From Fastidiosibacter lacustris (GTDB lineage: Bacteria > Pseudomonadota > Gammaproteobacteria > Francisellales > Francisellaceae), in NCBI RefSeq assembly GCF_003428155.1, contig NZ_QLIR01000032.1:1-7241 (forward strand): a stretch of 7,241 nt of DNA, read 5' to 3'. Below are positions 1-5,732 of this stretch, piece after piece (positions within the stretch are counted from its first letter, which is position 1; the number at the start of each line of letters is the position of its first letter). Made by a program: the position numbers and the translations under genes. A model generated the notes under the pieces. It was not told the origin of the DNA, ran no database searches, and worked only from the letters and a program-made list of their open reading frames with translations.

Positions 1-335
1 GATACTTGAGTATCGTCAAGTATGTATCTAATCCTTTCATCAGGATAACTGGGGTCAATCGGCACATAGGCAGCCCCTGATTTTAAAATTCCCAAGATGC
101 CTATAATTATTTCTAAGCTTTTATCTAAGCATAAAGCAATCAAGGTATCTGGTTTGATCTCAGCAAGTGATCGCAAGTATTTTGCCAGTTGATTGGCTTT
201 GGCATTGAGTTCAGCATACTTTAATTGTTGATCTTCAAATACCACGGCAACGTTATTTGGTGCCTTTTCAACTTGTTCTTCAAATAATTGATAAATGGTT
301 TTATCTTTTGGATAGGGTTTATCGGTTTTGTTCCA
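1..335 (-). other. NRPS adenylation domain 2, N-terminal ~111 residues only (truncated by the window)
   Basis: Sequence WNKTDKPYPKDKTIYQLFEEQVEKAPNNVAVVFEDQQLKYAELNAKANQLAKYLRSLAEIKPDTLIALCLDKSLEIIIGILGILKSGAAYVPIDPSYPDERIRYILDDTQV. It contains the A1 and A2 motifs and is paralogous to 3202..3536. Confidence 0.9.
1..335. repeat. Direct repeat copy A (intragenic, A-domain 5' end of NRPS module 2)
   Basis: Aligns without gaps to 3202..3536, offset 3201. Positions 165..335 versus 3366..3536 differ at a single base: 304 t versus 3505 c, which changes D to G. Positions 20..164 carry about 23 mismatches by hand count, and 1..19 carry 6 mismatches. Confidence 0.95.
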
Positions 336-3300
336 TTGATGTATTATTTTATGGAGTTCTGCTTCTGGTATTTTTGCTAACGTTTTATTGTTATCAATAT
401 TCCCACATTGGTTAATGTAGTATAAAAAATATCGTTTTAATTTTGTTATTGTTTGTCGATCTATAAAATAATTGTGTCCTAATAATTCGACTGTAAATTC
501 ATTTCCTTGCCTGAAAATGTTTAAAACAAAAGGAATATTCGTTTTTTCGAACCTTTTATATTCTTCTATTTTTCTATTTTGATATTGCTCTTCTATAGAA
601 TGAAAATGGACATAATTGAAGGCAAATTGGTATAAATCATCCTCTTGTAATAAATCAGATTTAATTTTTCCGTAAGGATATATTTTATATAAATTGATTA
701 ATTCTTGATTTCTCCTTGTCTCATCAATTAGAGCTTGTATAGACTGATTTATAATATTTTGTTTAATCGGGATTGTATTAAGGTGAAGACCAAATAATTT
801 ATCTCCCCCTGTCTTTTCCAACCGATTATTGACAACTAATCCTACAATAACTTCTTGGTTAGCAGTGAAAGTAGAAACTAAAATTTGATACAGAGCTAAA
901 AAAACCAGATTAATTGGTATGTTGAATTTTTGAGCTATATTAAAAATAATTTTGTTCTGTGTGTCATTTAGTTTGAAAAACTGTGTATTTAAGTTATTTG
1001 TAAACATTAAAGAGTTATTTAACTTTAAATTAACAGTTAGGAATTGACTGTCATCGAAATATTTTTGCCAGAATTTCACGTTACTTTTGTCCGTGATTGC
1101 ATTTTGCTCATTTGAAACAAATTCACCATAGTAAGGTAGTTCATCTAACTCAATTTTTTTGTTATCAATATACGCAGTTGTGAATTCTGAAATTAAAGAT
1201 GTAATACTCCAGCCATCTGAAATAGCATGATGAAAAGAAAATATTAATTTAAACGAATTTGGCAAGATACTAGTAATAATTACCCTGAATAAACCAACTT
1301 CATTGATTTTGAAAGCATTGTACCTTTCTTCAACAAAATATTTATCAAATGCATCATGCAAATAAATATTCACTTTGTCTTTAACCTTAGCACCATGTTT
1401 ATGTTGGATTGCGACATACCCATAGGTTTTGTCTTTTACAAAACTAGTTCTTAATAGAGAGTGCTTTCGAATTAAGTCTTCAAATACGTTGATTATCTTA
1501 ACACAATCAAGGTTATCATTTATTTGATATGAGAACACATCGTGATAGGTACCATCATTATTTGATCGCTCTTGTTCAAAAAACATGCCTTTCTGTAAAT
1601 ATGAAACCGGGTATATATCTTCAATATCTTCATACAATAAACCACTGTTCTGAAGCACTTGTTTTTGTCCTGCTTTGTCAATCAGTGAAAGTGGGTAATA
1701 TATATCGTTAGAAGGTATATTATATAGTTTTGCTTTTTTCACAATCTTATTAATAGTTCTATAAATAAAAATATCACGCACTGAAATATTAATTCCTAAA
1801 TGCTTTGCTTTCGAAACAACTCTTATACTTAAAATCGAATCTCCACCTATTCTGAAGAAGTCATCATCTATTCCGATTTGTTTAAGCTCTAATACATCTT
1901 GCCATATTTTACATAGTTGATTTTCTATTGAATTTCTTGGAGCAGTAAAAGAATGTTTATTTGTTTTAAATAATGAGACCGGAAATGCTTTTTTATCTAA
2001 CTTGCCATTAATTGTTAATGGAAATTTTTTCATGTGTATAAAAGCGTTTGGTATCATATAGTCAGGCAAGACTTTTATTAAGTGACTAATTAATTCATTT
2101 TCGTCTATTGGATTCTTGCTGACATAATAAGCGGTTAAATAAAATTTATTTCCAAGGTTGTTTTTATCTTTTTTGTTGCCTAAAACGCAGGCTTGTCTAA
2201 TGCCTTTAAAATTTAACAGGTTATTTTCAATTTCGCCAATTTCTATTCTTAGCCCATTGATTTTAATCTGTGTATCGTTTCTTCCAAGGTACTCTAAATT
2301 CCCATTACTAAGCCATCTGACTAAATCACCTGTTTTATATAATTGATCATAACCATTTATTTTATCCTCTTCATCCGCAAAAGGATTTTCAACAAATTTT
2401 TCAGCAGTAAGCTCAGGTTGATTCAAATAGCCACTAGCAACGCCATTACCTCCAATGTAAAGTTCACCAACTACCCCCATCGGAACAACTTGTTTATATT
2501 TATCTAGAACATAAAGCTTTGTGTTTTGTATAGGTTTTCCAATTGGAATTATGGTTTCTGTAGATCTTATGTCATTATATGCACTAACATCTATAGTTGC
2601 TTCAGTTGGTCCATATAAGTTATTTAAGCAAATAGATGGATAGAGAGTTTTAAAACGTCTCGATATTTGATGTGGTAATGCCTCTCCACTACAAAATACA
2701 TCTGTTACACTATTTAATAATCTTTCAGTTACACTTAATTGCTCAACATGATCTAAATAAAGTTGAAGCATACTTGGTACAAAATGCAATTTAGTGATGC
2801 CAACTTGTTTAATTAGTATATGTAGATATTGGGGGTATTTATGATTATCAGGTTTTGTAAATACCAATTGTGCGCCACATAGAAGCGGCAGTAGTAATTC
2901 CCATACTGACACATCAAAACCATATGGTGTTTTTTGTAGAATTTTATCCGAACTATTAAAATGATATTCAGATTGTTGCCACAGTAAACGGTTTACTAGA
3001 GATTTATGGGTGATTAATGTTCCTTTCGGATTTCCTGTTGTTCCGGAGGTATAAATCACATAAGCCAGATCATGAGAGGTATTTTGAGACAGTAGATTAT
3101 CGAAAGGGAAACCTTTATAACTGTTACTATCCAGTGGTATGAGTTGACTATTTGTCATCATTTTAAGCCTTGATAGGTAATGCGATTGTGTCAACAATAA
3201 AGATGCTCGCGTATCATTCAGTATGTATCTAATCCTTTCATCAGGATAACTAGGATCAATCGGTACATAAGCTGCTCCTGCTTTAAGAATGCCAACAATA

Positions 3301-4799
3301 CCAATTATCATTTCCAAGCTTTTATCTAGACATAAAGCAATCAAGGTATCTGGTTTAATTTCAGTAAGTGATCGCAAGTATTTTGCCAGTTGATTGGCTT
3401 TGGCATTGAGTTCAGCATACTTTAATTGTTGATCTTCAAATACCACGGCAACGTTATTTGGTGCCTTTTCAACTTGTTCTTCAAATAATTGATAAATGGT
3501 TTTACCTTTTGGATAGGGTTTATCGGTTTTGTTCCAATCGTATAATATACGTTTTTTTTGTTCTGGTGGTATTAATTCATAATGACATAATGGCTGATCT
3601 GAATCTGCTATTACTGTTTTGAGAAGCATTTCAAGGTATTGAATAAAATAGTCAGGAATATAGGTAGTATCATAACTTACCTCATACACCATTGAAGTTT
3701 TATCATAGGCAAAAAATAAAGTATTTAGTTTACCGCCATAAAAGAAATTCTTACTTTCTAATTCAATTCCACTCAATTCTATCTCTTGAGAGAGAAGGTA
3801 AGTTTCGACAACGGAAACATTTGGGGAAAAATCAATATCTAATGATTCTTTGATTTCTTCAAATGGAATAATTTGATAAGGTTTGTTTTGTTGATATTGC
3901 TCATATATTTTCTTTAGTAATTCCGCAAATGTCATTTCTCCAGATAATTGAATCTGCATTGGAAACATACTGACAAAATAACCAACGATTTTACTAAATT
4001 CAGTCGGACGTATGTTTTTAGGATAGGACACAACTAAGTCATTTAAATGAAAACATCTCAATACAAACGTACTGATTAAGGCATTGAAAAATATAAATGG
4101 TGTTGTCTTATGCGTTTTAAGTAGCTTACTTAAAATTTTAGGGTCAATATTAACTCGCTTACGATTGATTTGCCCTGTGTCATCATGGTTATATTTAACA
4201 AGATCATTTTGATTGCATCCTTGAAGATAGTGCTGCCAATAATCAATGGTTTCTTTTTTACTTTTGGCAATGATTTCTTCTTCATAATCTAAGTAATCAG
4301 CCAATTGATAGGTTTGAAATTGGGTAATGGCATCCAATCCCTCATTATAAAGCTTTTCAAATACTTGACTAAATATTGTCGTGGTTAGTCCATCTGAAAT
4401 AATATGATGCCAGACAAACTGAAAATAATACTGATCATGATCTGTTTTAATCAGTATGGCTCTAAATAGCCAGTCCTTTTCAAGATCAAAAGGCTTGGCT
4501 CTTAATTGTTCAAGTGCAGCAAGAATTTCATCTTGAGTAGAATGGTATAATTCCTGATAAATCACATCTCCATCAAAGCGATCAAGGATGATTTGATTTG
4601 CTTCGCCGTCCTTTTCAATAAACCGTGTTTTAAAAGCTTCAAAATAATTACCAATTGTTTGATATATTGCTGCAAACTTGTCTCTATCTAAGTTACCCCT
4701 AACTTGATATGAAATCGCAATATTATAATTATCCGCATAAGGATTAAGTTTGTAGGCATACCACAGTTCTTCCTGCTGCTTTGTTAATTTAAGAGTCAT
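1..4799 (-). CDS. Non-ribosomal peptide synthetase, N-terminal 1,599 codons (C-A(Ser)-T-C-A...). The 3' end runs off the left edge of the window.
   Basis: The minus-strand frame is uninterrupted from ATG 4799..4797 to position 3, with 2 nt of the next codon left over. I translated it by hand and met no stop. GGAG at 4806..4809 lies 6 nt upstream of the ATG. An in-frame TAA at 4902..4904 closes the frame upstream, with no better start in between. Canonical NRPS core motifs appear in order: LTKQQEELW (C1), WHHIISDG (4389..4412), LKYAELNAKANQLA (A1), YTSGTTGNPKG (3021..3053), NGKLDKKA (1986..2009), FFRIGGDSI (Ser codon 1836..1838), FHHAISDGWS (1206..1235), then a second A-domain start. The ORF is absent from the supplied track only because no stop codon falls inside the window. 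Confidence 0.95.
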   Translation of the reverse strand, partial: MTLKLTKQQEELWYAYKLNPYADNYNIAISYQVRGNLDRDKFAAIYQTIGNYFEAFKTRFIEKDGEANQIILDRFDGDVIYQELYHSTQDEILAALEQLRAKPFDLEKDWLFRAILIKTDHDQYYFQFVWHHIISDGLTTTIFSQVFEKLYNEGLDAITQFQTYQLADYLDYEEEIIAKSKKETIDYWQHYLQGCNQNDLVKYNHDDTGQINRKRVNIDPKILSKLLKTHKTTPFIFFNALISTFVLRCFHLNDLVVSYPKNIRPTEFSKIVGYFVSMFPMQIQLSGEMTFAELLKKIYEQYQQNKPYQIIPFEEIKESLDIDFSPNVSVVETYLLSQEIELSGIELESKNFFYGGKLNTLFFAYDKTSMVYEVSYDTTYIPDYFIQYLEMLLKTVIADSDQPLCHYELIPPEQKKRILYDWNKTDKPYPKGKTIYQLFEEQVEKAPNNVAVVFEDQQLKYAELNAKANQLAKYLRSLTEIKPDTLIALCLDKSLEMIIGIVGILKAGAAYVPIDPSYPDERIRYILNDTRASLLLTQSHYLSRLKMMTNSQLIPLDSNSYKGFPFDNLLSQNTSHDLAYVIYTSGTTGNPKGTLITHKSLVNRLLWQQSEYHFNSSDKILQKTPYGFDVSVWELLLPLLCGAQLVFTKPDNHKYPQYLHILIKQVGITKLHFVPSMLQLYLDHVEQLSVTERLLNSVTDVFCSGEALPHQISRRFKTLYPSICLNNLYGPTEATIDVSAYNDIRSTETIIPIGKPIQNTKLYVLDKYKQVVPMGVVGELYIGGNGVASGYLNQPELTAEKFVENPFADEEDKINGYDQLYKTGDLVRWLSNGNLEYLGRNDTQIKINGLRIEIGEIENNLLNFKGIRQACVLGNKKDKNNLGNKFYLTAYYVSKNPIDENELISHLIKVLPDYMIPNAFIHMKKFPLTINGKLDKKAFPVSLFKTNKHSFTAPRNSIENQLCKIWQDVLELKQIGIDDDFFRIGGDSILSIRVVSKAKHLGINISVRDIFIYRTINKIVKKAKLYNIPSNDIYYPLSLIDKAGQKQVLQNSGLLYEDIEDIYPVSYLQKGMFFEQERSNNDGTYHDVFSYQINDNLDCVKIINVFEDLIRKHSLLRTSFVKDKTYGYVAIQHKHGAKVKDKVNIYLHDAFDKYFVEERYNAFKINEVGLFRVIITSILPNSFKLIFSFHHAISDGWSITSLISEFTTAYIDNKKIELDELPYYGEFVSNEQNAITDKSNVKFWQKYFDDSQFLTVNLKLNNSLMFTNNLNTQFFKLNDTQNKIIFNIAQKFNIPINLVFLALYQILVSTFTANQEVIVGLVVNNRLEKTGGDKLFGLHLNTIPIKQNIINQSIQALIDETRRNQELINLYKIYPYGKIKSDLLQEDDLYQFAFNYVHFHSIEEQYQNRKIEEYKRFEKTNIPFVLNIFRQGNEFTVELLGHNYFIDRQTITKLKRYFLYYINQCGNIDNNKTLAKIPEAELHKIIHQWNKTDKPYPKDKTIYQLFEEQVEKAPNNVAVVFEDQQLKYAELNAKANQLAKYLRSLAEIKPDTLIALCLDKSLEIIIGILGILKSGAAYVPIDPSYPDERIRYILDDTQV
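336..1631 (-). other. NRPS condensation domain 2
   Basis: Starts at EDIEDIYPVSYLQKGMFFEQ. Active-site motif FHHAISDGWS is at 1206..1235. Ends at ...AELHKIIHQ immediately before WNKTD. Boundaries are approximate. Confidence 0.85.
1737..1943 (-). other. NRPS thiolation (PCP) domain 1
   Basis: Sequence APRNSIENQLCKIWQDVLELKQIGIDDDFFRIGGDSILSIRVVSKAKHLGINISVRDIF. The phosphopantetheine-attachment Ser of the GGDSI motif is encoded at 1836..1838. Boundaries are approximate. Confidence 0.85.
1986..3536 (-). other. NRPS adenylation domain 1, predicted serine-activating
   Basis: A-domain motifs present: A1 LKYAEL, A2 LKAGAAYVPIDP, A3 YTSGTTGNPKG, A4 FDVSVWE (2898..2918), A5 NLYGPTE, A7 YKTGD, A8 GRNDTQIKINGLRIEIGEIE, A10 NGKLDKKA. 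I aligned by hand to my recollection of GrsA-PheA. This gives specificity residues D235 V236 W239 H278 F299 S301 L322 I330 D331 K517, i.e. DVWHFSLIDK. That is 9/10 to each of the two classical Ser codes, DVWHFSLVDK and DVWHLSLIDK. Confidence 0.85.
3202..3536. repeat. Direct repeat copy B (A-domain 5' end of NRPS module 1)
   Basis: Partner of 1..335. See copy A. Confidence 0.95.
3570..4799 (-). other. NRPS condensation domain 1 (N-terminal, possibly a starter C domain)
   Basis: The protein starts directly with a C1-like motif, MTLKLTKQQEELWYAYKLNP. The active-site motif HHIISDG is at 4389..4409, about residue 131. The domain ends before the linker ...ELIPPEQKKRILYD-WNKTD. Boundaries are approximate. 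Confidence 0.85.
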
Positions 4800-5402
4800 T
4801 TCGCTCTCCCCATTTTTGACTATAAATTTTATGCATATAATAGAGTAAAATAAGATCAGAAGCCCAACAAATTTGTAACAAGTGGTTTTATTTTGATGTA
4901 TTTAATCCACTTTGAAACATCTACTGCAAGGCATGGAGGAAAAACGCCGAGCCAATGCTCTTTTTAAAAGTACAAAAAACATCAATTTGATGAATAAAAA
5001 TTAGTTGCATTATAGTTGAACTTGGGTAGTATAACGATTCGCTTCTCAAGAGAAGAGCTGTTTTAGATATAAGTGATTAATTGAGTCATCTCCTTGCTGA
5101 TTTGGTAAATCCTTTTTTGTCGGGTGGAAAGGAGGTTGCGATTAAGAAATGGGGGTCTCTTAATAATGATTCAAAATTGATAGTATCAATCATGTTATTT
5201 TATTTCAACAACTTTTGTTGGATAAATTTTTCTATTTAAACATTACTGAAATAGATGCCTATCCTAAGATATTAAATAGACACCGATGCTATAAAACCGC
5301 GATTCTGTATTTAATAAATACTCATTTTTAAGGTTAGACTAATACAATTAACACGACAAAATCCTTTGGTAATTGGTCTGACAGTTTACCTTGGTAATGA
5401 CA
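4800..5402 (-). promoter_or_regulatory. 603-bp AT-rich non-coding spacer, presumed to hold the NRPS promoter/regulatory region (no specific promoter called)
   Basis: No ORF of 60 aa or more in any frame, per the track. Both flanking genes are on the minus strand, so the NRPS promoter should lie here unless there is read-through. Several -10-like hexamers occur on the minus strand, for example TATAGT (plus 4819..4824) and TATTAT (plus 4837..4842). None has a convincing -35 partner at 16-18 bp. Confidence 0.3.
4806..4811 (-). promoter_or_regulatory. Shine-Dalgarno site of the NRPS gene
   Basis: The minus strand reads TGGGGAGAGCGAA-ATG. The GGAG core ends 6 nt before the ATG at 4799. Confidence 0.7.
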
Positions 5403-5720
5403 TTAATACAACTCAATCGAAGTAACCTCTCCACACGCTATTGTTTTCCCTTCCCACAACGTAAAGCGCGTTCCAACTTTTAACCGCGGAATCACCTCGT
5501 CTGGTGAAAGAAACACTATTCTAATATTCTCCACGGTATCTCCTAGCGAGATGGGTTTACCATACTCTTGGACAAGCAAACGGCAATCGTAAGCATGCTT
5601 TGCAACTTCTGGAACATTTTCAACGTACATTGGGCATCCAAAATTCATCGCTGGTATAGCTTGTGAGCGACCACCTTCCTCAGTGTTAAGAAGCGTTATT
5701 TTCGCAAAAATACCTTTCAT
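5403..5720 (-). CDS. 105-aa EF-Tu domain III-like protein, putative cognate immunity protein of the upstream Rhs toxin
   Basis: Complete ORF, ATG 5720..5718 to TAA 5405..5403. AAGGA at 5728..5732 overlaps the TAA of the toxin gene and ends 7 nt before the ATG, an arrangement consistent with translational coupling. The GC of 5461..5520 is 27/60, similar to the toxin 3' part. The sequence pattern FAKITLLNTEEGGR ... PISLGDTVENIRIVFLSP ... VGTRFTLWEGKTIACGEV parallels E. coli EF-Tu FESEVYILSKDEGGR ... VMPGDNIKMVVTLIHP ... DGLRFAIREGGRTVGAGVV. The EF-Tu sequence is recalled from memory and the alignment is by eye. Confidence 0.8.
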   Translation of the reverse strand: MKGIFAKITLLNTEEGGRSQAIPAMNFGCPMYVENVPEVAKHAYDCRLLVQEYGKPISLGDTVENIRIVFLSPDEVIPRLKVGTRFTLWEGKTIACGEVTSIELY

Positions 5721-5727
5721 ATCTGAA

Positions 5728-5732
5728 TCCTT
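5728..5732 (-). promoter_or_regulatory. Shine-Dalgarno site of the 105-aa ORF, overlapping the toxin stop codon
   Basis: The minus strand reads CCA-TAA-GGATTCAGAT-ATG. The AAGGA uses the last two bases of the TAA stop at 5731..5733. Confidence 0.65.

Noticed and set aside
1529-1711. 60-aa plus-strand ORF
   Set aside because: It lies antisense inside the NRPS T-C linker and C2 region. It has no SD and a low-complexity, implausible sequence. It is fully explained by the minus-strand NRPS frame.
2158-2346. 62-aa plus-strand ORF
   Set aside because: It lies antisense to the A8-A9 region of the NRPS adenylation domain, whose minus-strand translation carries canonical motifs. This is a spurious shadow ORF.
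3552-3559. Homopolymer runs inside coding regions: A8 on the coding strand at 3552..3559 in the NRPS C-A linker, A8 at 6775..6782 and A7 at 6617..6623 in the Rhs C-terminal region. These are possible slipped-strand phase-variation sites.
   Set aside because: All are in frame as they stand, encoding Lys-Lys stretches. They are common in AT-rich genes. Eight nucleotides is at the low end for phase variation, and there is no evidence of length polymorphism from a single sequence.
5041-5064. Small hairpin CTTCT-CAAG-AGAAG followed by TGTTTT on the plus strand, and a similar GAGC-CAAT-GCTC plus TTTTT at ~4949..4965
   Set aside because: The stems are 4-5 bp, and there is no plus-strand gene upstream to terminate. 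Chance occurrence is likely.
5130-5163. Strong plus-strand AGGAGG (5130..5135) followed by ATG at 5149
   Set aside because: The ATG opens a 4-codon ORF (ATG GGG GTC TCT TAA) and the spacing is 13 nt. It is not a credible gene. It could pair with the CTCCTT at ~5090..5096 in an RNA structure, but I cannot support that without folding or conservation data.
5307-5321. 15-bp palindrome GTATTTA-A-TAAATAC, and nearby inverted hexamers CTATTT/AAATAG (5232..5254)
   Set aside because: Short A/T-only palindromes are expected by chance in a ~30% GC spacer. No repeated copies or positional relation to a promoter could be shown.
5358-5394. Possible intrinsic terminator after the 105-aa ORF (minus strand CCAAGGTAA-13 nt loop-TTACCAAAGG then ATTTT)
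   Set aside because: The stem is only 5 contiguous base pairs plus 2 after an internal loop. It is AT-rich, has a large loop and a short T-run. This is too weak to annotate as a feature.
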